Below, piece after piece: positions 1-9,200 of a DNA stretch of 64,000 nt. The stretch is from Candidatus Woesearchaeota archaeon (lineage in GTDB: Archaea; Nanobdellota; Nanobdellia; Woesearchaeales; WJIZ01): assembly GCA_018221205.1 (NCBI GenBank), contig JAAOYF010000046.1:1999-65998 (forward strand). The letters run 5' to 3'. A program made the translations under genes and the position numbers. The notes beneath the pieces are model-generated. The model searched no databases and was not told where the DNA came from. It saw only the letters and a program-made list of their open reading frames with translations. Each line of letters starts with the position of its first letter. Position 1 is the first letter of the stretch.

Positions 1-2
1 GA

Positions 3-1184
3 AAAGCAAAAGGATTCAATACTCTGCTTATCAATACCATAGAGCACTATTTCAATGGCCCAGCAAACTATGCTGGTGAAATCCCTTTTAATGACCCTAA
101 TGATTGGTCAACCATCAATGAAGCCTATTGGCAACATGCAGATTTCATCATTCAAGAAGCACTCGATAGAGACTTCTTATTGTTACTTACACCATCATAT
201 GTAGGATATAATTGTGGAAGTGAAGGATGGTGTGCAGAGATGAAAGCGCAAACCAATGCACAAATGTATGCCTATGGAGAATTCATCGCAAATCGATATA
301 AGGATTATCCGAATATCTTATGGGTTGCAGGAGGAGATGTAGGCTATGCCCCGATTATGGGGACAGCATATGAGAGGATGGACAATGTCATCTTAGGGAT
401 GGGGTCTATCGATAGCACCATACTCGTCACAGCTCACACCTCACGCAACCGTGAAGCAGCAGTGGATTATAATGAACCGTGGTTAGATGTTACTAACACA
501 TACACGGATTGTGATACTATAGAACGATTGACCAAATCAGATTATGATCGAACGACTGTACGGCCCTATTTTCATATAGAAGGATGGTATGAGGGCGAGC
601 ATAGTACGCCTCCTTCTTGCCTTGTTGGACAAGCTCTCTATCCTCTACTCGGCGGAGCAATAGGACATATGTTTGGCAACAACCCTATCTGGCCATTTAA
701 TAGTGGATGGGATGGAAGCAGCGGCATCGAAAGTCCTGGATCGTACATGATGGGGCATGTTGCTGATTTAATGAATTCTCGACAATGGGGAAGTTTTGTC
801 CCTGATTATAGCCACAGCATTGTCACGTCGGGAAATTTTGATATTAACGGCGATTATGTGGCTGCAGCGAGCAATGGAGAAACCGTCATGGTGTATACGC
901 CTAGCACTGCTTCCTTCACTGTCGATATGTCTCAGATCTCTGGGAGCACTGCTCAAGCATGGTGGTATGATCCCTGGACTGGGTCTGTTACTGATCTTGG
1001 AACTTTTTCAACTTCAGGCACGCAATCCTTTTCAGCACCACAAGGATCATTTGTCCTTGTTCTAGATGATGCAAGCAAAGGATTTGGTGCTCCTGGTTCA
1101 ATCCCTGATCGCGGCGCGATTACAGTAGATGCAGCACACCCTGAATGGTTTGTCTATGAAGATGGCAGTCCATTGTTCATCTGA
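3..1184 (+). CDS. DUF4038/GH140-like TIM-barrel glycoside-hydrolase-like protein, 5'-truncated by the window start; C-terminal beta-sandwich (putative collagenase-type binding domain)
   Basis: Frame 0 is open from nt 3 (KAKGFNTLLINTIEHYF...) to the TGA at 1182-1184, and the ORF-track M at 180 is internal. GFN/IWVAGGD-type TIM-barrel motifs are followed by a beta-rich C-terminus (FTVDMSQISGSTAQAWWYDPWTGSV). Confidence 0.5.
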   Translation, partial: KAKGFNTLLINTIEHYFNGPANYAGEIPFNDPNDWSTINEAYWQHADFIIQEALDRDFLLLLTPSYVGYNCGSEGWCAEMKAQTNAQMYAYGEFIANRYKDYPNILWVAGGDVGYAPIMGTAYERMDNVILGMGSIDSTILVTAHTSRNREAAVDYNEPWLDVTNTYTDCDTIERLTKSDYDRTTVRPYFHIEGWYEGEHSTPPSCLVGQALYPLLGGAIGHMFGNNPIWPFNSGWDGSSGIESPGSYMMGHVADLMNSRQWGSFVPDYSHSIVTSGNFDINGDYVAAASNGETVMVYTPSTASFTVDMSQISGSTAQAWWYDPWTGSVTDLGTFSTSGTQSFSAPQGSFVLVLDDASKGFGAPGSIPDRGAITVDAAHPEWFVYEDGSPLFI

Positions 1185-1304
1185 GGTGCAGGAGAGCCAG
1201 AAGATTTCTTATATCGGGGAACAAGAAATGCAGATGGCACCAGAACAGGAGATCAAATAGCTTTAATCAACAAAATTGCATCTACAGGTGCGAATAGCAT
1301 TTAC

Positions 1305-2297
1305 ATGCAAATGGTAAGGAGCCACGGAGGAGATGGCCCAGCAGACCATAATCCCTTCATCAATTCAGATCCAACTCAAGGACAGGATCAGGATATCTTG
1401 GATCAGTGGGAGATCTGGTTTGATGAGATGGATAAAAATGATATTGTTATTTACTTATTTTTCTATGACGACGATATGAATTCATGCAGTAGTGGGTTAG
1501 GATGGTGTATGCAAAATGGAGAATTGCATCCTACTGAAAAAGTGTTCATAGAGGAGATTGTCAACAGATATGAACACCACAAAAATATTATATGGATCAC
1601 GATGGAAGAATATCAAGAGGATAATAATGGGGATGATATTGCGCGCCATAGCAAATTAGCAGAAACAATCAGAAATGCTGATGACAATAACCATCCTATC
1701 GCTGTGCATCAATTATCTGGATTAACTTTTGATTTTCCAGATGACCCCAATGTTGATCAGTTTTCCATTCAATGGAAAAAAAGTACTCCCCAAGAGAATC
1801 ATAATGATATGGTAACTGCATGGAATAATGCTGCAGGAAGATTTAACCTTAATCTTGCTGAACCTATAAATACCTGGGGTACAGGAAAGGTTTCAAGAGA
1901 TAAATTATGGGCGATTGCAACTGGTGGTGCGTATGTCATGCCCATAGCTTGGGATATCGCTTCTACATCTGTTGCAGACTTGACTGATTGTGGTGTTTTG
2001 AAAGGATTCTTTGAATCTACAGATTTATTGAATCTTGCGCCGCATGATGAACTGGCTTTTGGCGGAACACAATGGGTATTGGCTAATCCTGGGAATTCCT
2101 ATATTGCATACACTAGTTCTTTGATTGGAGATATGGGCATTAGCGGAATGACTGCTGGAACATATGATTTCACCTGGCTGGATATCCCTTCTGGAGTAAA
2201 AGTTGAGCAGACTGGTGTCAGTGTAAGTGCTGGTGATCAGAGCCGGGTCAAGCCTTTTGGGATAGGGAATGAGTTGGCTGTGTATATCAGACGATAA
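1305..2297 (+). CDS. Second DUF4038/GH140-like glycosidase-like paralog. Its N-terminal segment (HPEWFVYEDGSPLFI*GAGEPEDFLYRG) lies in frame on both sides of the TGA at 1182-1184, so the gene is probably interrupted or was fused to the upstream ORF
   Basis: ORF-track 330 aa. FVYEDGSPLF-x-GAGEPEDF resembles the conserved N-terminus of DUF4038 domains (DG-PFF-LGDTAWEL). A TIM-barrel-like core runs NIIWITMEEYQ...HPIAVHQ. There is no in-frame start codon between 1185 and 1305. Confidence 0.45.
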   Translation: MQMVRSHGGDGPADHNPFINSDPTQGQDQDILDQWEIWFDEMDKNDIVIYLFFYDDDMNSCSSGLGWCMQNGELHPTEKVFIEEIVNRYEHHKNIIWITMEEYQEDNNGDDIARHSKLAETIRNADDNNHPIAVHQLSGLTFDFPDDPNVDQFSIQWKKSTPQENHNDMVTAWNNAAGRFNLNLAEPINTWGTGKVSRDKLWAIATGGAYVMPIAWDIASTSVADLTDCGVLKGFFESTDLLNLAPHDELAFGGTQWVLANPGNSYIAYTSSLIGDMGISGMTAGTYDFTWLDIPSGVKVEQTGVSVSAGDQSRVKPFGIGNELAVYIRR

Positions 2298-2302
2298 TTC
2301 TG
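2237..2302 (+). repeat. Left copy of a ~65-nt imperfect direct repeat, covering the 3' end of the glycosidase-like gene (KPFGIGNELAVYIRR*)
   Basis: gatcagagccgggtcaagccttttgggatagggaatgagttggctgtgtatatcagacgataattctg recurs at 3726-3795 with a few substitutions. Confidence 0.7.
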
Positions 2303-2387
2303 ACGACAGATTTTTCAATAGGGGTTATTATTATAAATCCTTTGAGAAATAGGAAGATTTAAATATAAGATATATTTACATTAATCT

Positions 2388-3008
2388 ATGAGAACTATAG
2401 TTTTACTTGATTTATTAAAAGGTATACATACAATTAAATCTATTATGGATATATTAAATATAAATAAAGAGGGGGCAATCTATTACGTTCATCGATTGCG
2501 AAAGAAGGGATATGTGAAGACTACGTATTTGAGAAACAAGACAAGAGTGTATCATATCTCCCCCGAAATCCGCCTTGGAGGGACAACGTATGAAGAAGCG
2601 CTAAATGCCCATTCACCGATAAAAGTAGCAACTACGACAGACTATCGTATTTTCGGAAAAAAACTCATGTCAGAGGATGTCCTCATTTATACTATACAAT
2701 CCCAAAGCGTGAGAAAAATTACAGCCGCATTGGCTTTATTCCGCAAGATTTCTGATTGGTCCTATCTCTATAGGTTAGCAAAATGCCATTCCCTTGAAAG
2801 GGAGGTTGGCGCCTTGTATGATGTATCAAGAATGATTATGCGAACAAGAAGAATGCCTAAACGATTCAGGAATCATGCATTACCAAAGAGATATAGTCGT
2901 TTCTCCGATATTGTTCCGAAATTACGATCCAAACATTTTAGAAACATTGAAGAAACCTGGAAAGTACACCTTCCATTCAATAAACAAGATCTTGAGGCAT
3001 ATACATGA
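2388..3008 (+). CDS. Winged-HTH protein, AbiEi-like antitoxin/regulator candidate
   Basis: ORF-track 206 aa with an N-terminal wHTH-like segment (IMDILNINKEGAIYYVHRLRKKGYV). Its stop overlaps the start of the downstream nucleotidyltransferase ORF (ATGA at 3005-3008). Confidence 0.4.
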   Translation: MRTIVLLDLLKGIHTIKSIMDILNINKEGAIYYVHRLRKKGYVKTTYLRNKTRVYHISPEIRLGGTTYEEALNAHSPIKVATTTDYRIFGKKLMSEDVLIYTIQSQSVRKITAALALFRKISDWSYLYRLAKCHSLEREVGALYDVSRMIMRTRRMPKRFRNHALPKRYSRFSDIVPKLRSKHFRNIEETWKVHLPFNKQDLEAYT

Positions 3009-3658
3009 TAACTGTCGAGGAACAGCAAGTACTGCTCATAAGCATAGCGAAAAGACTATCAAAACCCCTTATTGCTTATGCTATCGGAGGAACAGCAATG
3101 ATGTTTTTGGGCATAAAGGATACTACAAAGGACATTGATCTTGTGTTTGATCATAGGGCTGAACGGGAGATGTTTAAGAAAGCCATTTCTGAGTTGGGTT
3201 ATGAGAAAATTGATTCAAGAGCTGCCTATGGGGAGAAGAAGAACATTCCTGAGATGTTTTATCGAGACGATGAACGTTTTGATCTTTTTTTGAATGAAGT
3301 CATTTCATTCGTATTCTCAGATGAGATGAAAAAACGTGCGACAAAAACAATGCAGTTCTCTGATAATCTTATCATTAAGGTTGCAGATGTTCACGATCTT
3401 ATTCTTATGAAATGCTCTACTGACAGGGTGAAAGATCAGGATGATGCCCGAGCAATCATTGAACGATCTCCGATTGATTTTAAGATTTGTGTTCAGGAAG
3501 CGAAAGAACAAATTCAATTAGGCAAAGAGAAAGCAGCATTTGAGCTCGGTTGCTTTCTGGAGGATCTTAAGAATGAGCTTAATGTACCTGTGCCCCAAAG
3601 CGCTTTGGATGGTCTTTTCAGCATTGTTAAATCACAAGCTGCGAAGAAGATGAAATAA
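3005..3658 (+). CDS. Minimal nucleotidyltransferase, AbiEii/DUF6036-like toxin candidate
   Basis: AYAIGGTAMMFLGIKDTTKDIDLVF is the GGTA...R.S.DIDL nucleotidyltransferase signature of AbiEii-type proteins. The gene is translationally coupled to the upstream wHTH ORF. Confidence 0.5.
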   Translation: MITVEEQQVLLISIAKRLSKPLIAYAIGGTAMMFLGIKDTTKDIDLVFDHRAEREMFKKAISELGYEKIDSRAAYGEKKNIPEMFYRDDERFDLFLNEVISFVFSDEMKKRATKTMQFSDNLIIKVADVHDLILMKCSTDRVKDQDDARAIIERSPIDFKICVQEAKEQIQLGKEKAAFELGCFLEDLKNELNVPVPQSALDGLFSIVKSQAAKKMK

Positions 3659-3725
3659 GCCAAAGGTTCTACTATCTGGAACGTGGCACCAGCCATCTTA
3701 GAATGAGATATTATGGTTGAACGGT

Positions 3726-3795
3726 GCTTAGCGTTGGGTAAAGCCTGCAGGTATCGGGAATGAGTTGGCTGTGTATATCAGAAAATAATTTTGGA
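3726..3795 (+). repeat. Right copy of the direct repeat, a relic duplicate of the glycosidase gene 3' end (reads KPAGIGNELAVYIRK* in frame)
   Basis: ggtaaagcctgcaggtatcgggaatgagttggctgtgtatatcagaaaataattttgg matches 2237-2302 including the stop-codon context. The two copies bracket the AbiE-like pair. Confidence 0.7.
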
Positions 3796-3863
3796 AAGAT
3801 TTATATATACAATGTAGTTTATTATTAAAATGTATTGTATACTTAATAATCTGGGTGAGTAGA

Positions 3864-4139
3864 ATGGAAGTGGCTATAACAAAAATATCTCGAAATGGAC
3901 AAGTAGTCATCCCTTCTGAAGTCAGGAAGGATGCGGGAATAAAACCATCAACAAAATTCATTGTCTTTAATCAGGATGGAAATATCTTATTGAAGCAGCT
4001 TAGGAAGGAATCTTTAGGCAAAGATATGGAATTGATAGAGAAAGTAATGAGGAGCGAGGAGCAGATTAAGAAAGGCAAAGTCGTGAAGGCTAAAACCACT
4101 ATGAGTGATGCGGATATCGATGATCTTTTAATGACCTAA
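3864..4139 (+). CDS. AbrB/SpoVT (MazE-like) family antitoxin
   Basis: MEVAITKISRNGQVVIPSEVRKDAGIKPSTKFIV matches the swapped-hairpin AbrB consensus (ISSKGQVVIPKEIR..LGI). It sits immediately upstream of a RelE-like ORF. The ORF track starts 3 codons earlier, at 3855. Confidence 0.65.
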   Translation: MEVAITKISRNGQVVIPSEVRKDAGIKPSTKFIVFNQDGNILLKQLRKESLGKDMELIEKVMRSEEQIKKGKVVKAKTTMSDADIDDLLMT

Positions 4140-4140
4140 A

Positions 4141-4386
4141 ATGGAGATTATTTTTTCTGATGAATTCAAGAAAGATTTCAAGAAGATCAAAGATAAACAA
4201 ACCAGATTAAGATTAATCAAACATATCAAGAAATTAGCTTCTTTGCCTGAATCTGGAAAACCATTGAAATATGAGTTGAAGAATCATAGGGGTATAAAGA
4301 TTCCTCCATTTAGAATTATCTATCGCTTAGAGAAAGAGAGGATAGTAATCAATTGTTTTGATCATAGGAAGGATGTTTATAAGTAG
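4141..4386 (+). CDS. relE: RelE/ParE family toxin
   Basis: 81 aa ending PPFRIIYRLEKERIVINCFDHRKDVYK, which is the RelE/StbE signature (R.IY.i.de...V.Vl.IgHRkdvY). Its start is 2 nt after the stop of the AbrB-like ORF. Confidence 0.7.
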   Translation: MEIIFSDEFKKDFKKIKDKQTRLRLIKHIKKLASLPESGKPLKYELKNHRGIKIPPFRIIYRLEKERIVINCFDHRKDVYK

Positions 4387-4467
4387 CACTTTTTGAAACG
4401 TAATATTTATATAACAGTTGTGATATTTTTATTACATATGTTCCAAAAAAGTAACAGGTATAAGATT

Positions 4468-4971
4468 ATGCGGGTTTTCTTTGAAGATCCCTTAAGAAAA
4501 GATTTTCAGCTGAGAGAGATTAGTAGAAAAGTGAATATTGCTCCGACCTCTGTCAAGCGATACCTCCATGAACTTGAGAAAAGTCAACTTATTATCAGGG
4601 AAAAGCATAAGATACATGGCTATCCTATCTATCATGCTCATAGGGATAGCGAAGAATTTACCTTTCTTAAAAGAATAGATACGATGATAGCTCTCAAGGA
4701 GATAGGACTTATTCATTATCTTAGTGAGAAGTGTATGCCAGACGCCATCGTTCTCTTTGGCTCTGCTGCTTTGGGAGAGGACACTAGTGAAAGTGATATT
4801 GATTTATTTGTATTATCTCAAGAGGAGAAATTAGACCTTCGTCTTTATGAGAAAAGATTGAACCGGAAAATCCACGTTTTTTTTAGCGAAAGCCTTAATA
4901 GCCTGAGCAAGGAGCTCAAGAATAACATCCTTAATGGTATTGTACTTAAAGGATATGTCAAGGTTTTTTAG
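4468..4971 (+). CDS. Nucleotidyltransferase (MNT, Pol-beta superfamily) with an N-terminal HTH
   Basis: AIVLFGSAALGEDTSESDIDLFVL is the GS-x9-13-D-x-D nucleotidyltransferase motif. The N-terminal FQLREISRKVNIAPTSVKRYLHELEK is HTH-like. The ORF-track start at 4393 reads through an AT-rich promoter-like stretch, so the ATG at 4468 (MRVFFEDP) is preferred. Confidence 0.7.
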   Translation: MRVFFEDPLRKDFQLREISRKVNIAPTSVKRYLHELEKSQLIIREKHKIHGYPIYHAHRDSEEFTFLKRIDTMIALKEIGLIHYLSEKCMPDAIVLFGSAALGEDTSESDIDLFVLSQEEKLDLRLYEKRLNRKIHVFFSESLNSLSKELKNNILNGIVLKGYVKVF

Positions 4972-4972
4972 A

Positions 4973-5377
4973 ATGGAATTAGTAAGGATAACTCCCGACA
5001 GAGAAAAAGCTCGTGCAATCATGAAAATGGTTAGCTCTACTCTTTCCATGATTGCACAATTGGATATTTCTCAGTTTCCTTCCCATGCCACTAAAGAATA
5101 TTATGACGTGATCAGAGAACTTATCAGCGTCATTATACTTCTCGATGGATATAAGGCCAGGGGAGAAGGAGCGCACAAAAAACAAATTGAGTATCTTGAT
5201 CAGCATTACAAAGAAATCGATAAGTCTGAGATTGTCTTCACTGATGAGCTTCGCGTCATTAGAAACAGGATATCTTATGAGGGGTTCTTTGTTAAAGAAG
5301 GATATATTAAAAGAAATAAGAAGGTTATTACCAACTTTATTATGAAATTGAAGAGTATCATTCAGAAAAAACTATAG
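4973..5377 (+). CDS. HEPN-domain protein, partner of the preceding MNT
   Basis: All-helical 135-aa protein (MELVRITPDREKARAIMKMVSS...GEGAHKKQIEYL...RVIRNRISYEG) immediately downstream of an MNT, which is the classic archaeal MNT/HEPN arrangement. No strict Rx4-6H motif was found, so the assignment is tentative. The ORF-track start at 4934 would overlap the MNT gene. Confidence 0.45.
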   Translation: MELVRITPDREKARAIMKMVSSTLSMIAQLDISQFPSHATKEYYDVIRELISVIILLDGYKARGEGAHKKQIEYLDQHYKEIDKSEIVFTDELRVIRNRISYEGFFVKEGYIKRNKKVITNFIMKLKSIIQKKL

Positions 5378-5428
5378 ATGCAGCTATCTCTTACATTATA
5401 GGTAATTTCCTTGTTATTTCTTCTCTTT

Positions 5429-5613
5429 ATACTTACAAAATAGAATAGGGTTCTTGATAATACTTACAAATAGGAAAATTTCCAAAACATTTATATAGAG
5501 AGATTGCTAAAAGTACTTACAAAATAGGTTACTTAGTATAGTAATTCGTAGCTTACTTACAAATTAGGTAAAAAATGGAGAAGATTCATACTCAGATACT
5601 TACATATAGGGGG
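5429..5613 (+). promoter_or_regulatory. Array of 5 direct repeats of the motif (A)TACTTACA-N2-5-TAGG upstream of the cassette-1 regulator gene; a sixth degenerate copy, CTTACATTATAGG, lies upstream at 5391-5403
   Basis: Copies at about 5429-5449, 5461-5474, 5514-5536, 5554-5574 and 5597-5613. The same motif recurs upstream of the cassette-2 and cassette-3 regulator genes. Confidence 0.6.
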
Positions 5614-5658
5614 GAGTTAGAATAAGTAGAGGCACTATAGTTGGCTAAACGTAAGGGG

Positions 5659-6237
5659 ATGACAGAGAAAACTCCTGTCTTTGCTAATGAGAGTTCTGTT
5701 TTGCAATTAGTCAACTCTGAATCTGATTCTATTACTGAGTCTCTTGCGTTGATTGAGGAGATATCTAAGAAGCATGGAGTAGATATAGGGCATATCACTG
5801 AGATTCTTGAGCACAAGGACAAATACATTGTTCTTCCTGTAGGTTTGTTCAGGAGTAAACTTGGTCCTTTAGAAGCAGTTGTCGGGTATATGAAAGAAGT
5901 TTTGGACCTTAATCTTTCTCAGATTGCACGTTTATTGAACAGAGATGAGACCACCATATGGACAACCTATCAAAATTCTTGGAAAAAAGGGAAGATCATT
6001 GTTGATCTAGAGCTGAAGGATGTTGATTTTGGTGCTTTGAAGATCAAGAAAGAGAACTTTGTTGTTCCCTTATCTGTTTTTGCCAATAGAGAATTGTCTA
6101 TTCTTGAGGCTTTATGTGTGTACTTACGTGAGAATCATGGTCTGAATTATACTATGTTAGGGAAATTGCTAGAGAGAAATGAACGGACTATCTGGACGGT
6201 AGTCAGCAGAGCAAAGAAAAAGTGGACAGAGAGATAG
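5659..6237 (+). CDS. Cassette-1 regulator, a small protein with two tandem sigma-70 region-4 / HTH_10 (Bat-type)-like HTH units
   Basis: Two repeats match L..LE..V.yl.e..gLsy..iA.LL.RdeRTiWT...RAkKK (LGPLEAVVGYMKEVLDLNLSQIARLLNRDETTIWTTYQNSWKKGK and LSILEALCVYLRENHGLNYTMLGKLLERNERTIWTVVSRAKKKW). An AAGGGG motif sits 4 nt upstream of the ATG at 5659, and the ORF track uses a TTG at 5641. Paralogs lie at 36056 and 46478. Confidence 0.6.
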   Translation: MTEKTPVFANESSVLQLVNSESDSITESLALIEEISKKHGVDIGHITEILEHKDKYIVLPVGLFRSKLGPLEAVVGYMKEVLDLNLSQIARLLNRDETTIWTTYQNSWKKGKIIVDLELKDVDFGALKIKKENFVVPLSVFANRELSILEALCVYLRENHGLNYTMLGKLLERNERTIWTVVSRAKKKWTER

Positions 6238-9200
6238 TCAAGCGGATAGTGCAAGAGAGCAAAGAGATGCATGAATGCTCTCGCTCTAAAGTCAAGCTTA
6301 GCTCTAATCTTTTTGCCAATTATGCGAAGAAGAAGAAAGGAAAGATCTCTGAGGAGGAATATGTCGGCTACCTGAAGAAAAAGCATAACGGCCGCACACT
6401 GGATGAATGGATCACTGAAGCGCATAAGCATGGTGAAGAGACGAACAAAGTGTTCCATCAAGATTTCAATTCTTTGGTGAGTTCTTTATCCAGTCCTCGC
6501 TTCACTATGGCTGCGATTATCTTATTGGCCATCTTCTTCCTGCAGTTCTTCACTCCAGGCATCATTGGCTTTGTTACGTTAGAAGAGGCTAATGTGACGA
6601 TTGAGCAAGAGTTTACAGCAAATGCAACGTTTGTTCTTGACGTAAAGAATATCCGCTATCTTGGCTTGCAAGGATATGCAAGCAATGACTTTTCGGGAAG
6701 GGTTTATTTAGATGATGGTGTGCAGAGATATGTTCTTTTAGATTACCTGAGCAAAGAGCTTAGACAAACAGTTCCTGATGCTACAATTGATTTTGAACTG
6801 GTTAAAATAGATATCTCTGATGAAGTGAAGGGCATCGAAGTCCAGGCTGATTTTGATGATGATTCTTTGGCTTGTACAATTTATACCATCGAGAGTGATT
6901 CTGCGACCAATCTTTGTTATGGGTATTCAGGATGCTGCGCATTCATGAATGTTCCTCAGACTGAAGAGCAATGGGATGAGCCTTTGTATGTAAACAAAGG
7001 GAAGTTCGGTGCTGGAGACAGGAATCTGGTGAAAGCACAAGTCGTTTGGGCAAATTATAGTTTAGATCCAGAGAATGCTTATTTTGATCTTGAATATAGT
7101 GATATTATCGGAGTTCCAGTCAATGTCTATTCACAGCTTAGGTTTGTTGATGAATGTGGAGGTGCCTGTTTAATTCAATCTGCTAATCAAGACCATACTT
7201 TAGTTGTTGAAGTGCATTCAGGAAGTTTGTATCTGTCAAATTACAGCTTCAAAGTTGTCGATAAACCGAATAGTCCGCCAGTCTTTACTCCGGTTCCGAA
7301 TATTACTATCAGCCCTCCACGGCCTTTCATCCTGGATTTGAGAGAGTATCTCTCTGATACTGATGGGGATACCTTAAAATTGAGTTATTTCGATTCTCCT
7401 GGATTGATTATTGATTTTGTTGGTATGAATGCTGTCATCCGGGTTGATGATAACTTTACTGGTAGGACTTTTACTTTTTTCACTGCGAATGATTCTGAGT
7501 TGATCGCTATCTCGAATATCATTGAGATTAGTTTAAGTAAGAATGCGACTGTCATTGAGACTCCTAAAAAGGATATCTTTGTTTCTGGACAAGTTGAGAT
7601 CGGCAAGCCTGTTACCTGGAGCCGGAGAGTAGATGTTGCGGATATTTTTGGAGAGTTCAGAGTGAATATCTCTGGGGAAGCGTATAATGTCACGGTCAAG
7701 AAAGTGTTCAATGAGACTTTTGAAGAAGTCTCAGGGGCCAATTTAGAGGTTGTAGAGGATACATTACGTCGAAATATCGCCCGCTTTAAGGAGGATGTTG
7801 CTGATAGGAGGGTTGCTAAGGCATTTGAGAGGCAGCGAGGTATTTTTAGGGATGAACCTATTGATGATGTTGAACTTGTCGTTATGGACCTTTCTCCTGA
7901 GATTGAGATCAGTTTTGAGACTGATGGTCCAGAAGTTGTTGAGGAGATCATCAGTGAGAGTGTGAAGAGAGTTACCATCAGTTCAACTGTGCATTATACT
8001 GATATTCTTTCTTATGCTGATATCAAAGACAGCCCTCAAAGCAGGATTAAGCTCTATTGGTTGGTTAATGGAAGCAGGCAGATTGTTTCTGATGTTACGT
8101 ATGAGGACAGGAACAATAATTCCCTTATTGACAGGATTTATTGGACTGTCCCTTCTCTCAGTTCTCAGACGTATGAGATCATCTTGATCACAAAAGCAGA
8201 TCATCTGGATGCGAATAGGAGCTTTATTGCAGATATCTATGAGTATGTCAAGGAAAAAGATGGTAATTGGAGTTACGGAATCAATGATTCCCAATATGTA
8301 AGAGTGACTTTTGAGCAGGCCTTGGATAATTCCAAGGATATTACTTTATATGCTCGAAGTTTAGGCAGTTCTTCTGTTGAAGTCTATACAGAGAATAATG
8401 ATACTTTGATCACTTCCTTTACTGATATCTCCTCTGAAGACTGGTATAAAGTCTTTTTGACTGAATTAGAAGGAAGCCATGATGTGTTTGACCTTAGAGT
8501 TGTAGGGGATAGTGTTGAGTTCGATTATATTGTCGATCCGGTCGGGCAGGAGAATGTTTCACAGTGGAACAAGACATTCGATGGAACCGGTGGTAGTGAT
8601 ATGGCCAATTCTATCGCTATAGATTCTAACGATAACATCTATGTTGTCGGTGATGGGACTAATATTGTCAGTAGTACGAGCGAGGGTGATTGGTGGATCA
8701 AAAAATTCAACTCCTCAGGCAGCGAAGATACTACTAACTGGAACAAAAGTATTGATGGCGTAACTGGAAAAGATAGTCCCACATTTGTTGCCCTTGATTC
8801 ACAAGACAATGTCTATGTTGTTGGCTATGGTACTAATCTCTCTTCCAGCTCTTCTAATTGGGACTGGTGGATCAAAAAATTCAACTCCTCAGGTAGCGAA
8901 GATACCACCAATTGGAACAAGACGTTTGACGGAGCAGGAAAGGCTGACCAAGCCAGGATAGTTGTCATAGATTCTAATGATAATATGTATGTAGGTGGAA
9001 GTGGATTTAATATTACTGAATCAAATCAAAAAGATTGGTGGATCAAGAAATTCAATTCTTCAGGCAGCGAGGATACTACAAATTGGAACAAATCATTTGA
9101 AAGTTCTGCAGCAACTGATTATCTTCAATCTCTTGCGATAGATAGCAATAACAATCTCTATGCTGGGGGACAGTTTTCACTCGATTTGCTTATCAAAAAA

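Noticed and set aside
1182-1184. UGA recoding (code 25-like or Sec) to explain the in-frame TGA
   Set aside because: TGA terminates at least six well-supported genes in this window, several with ATGA stop/start overlaps. No SECIS-like context was noted. An isolated nonsense mutation or sequencing error is more parsimonious.
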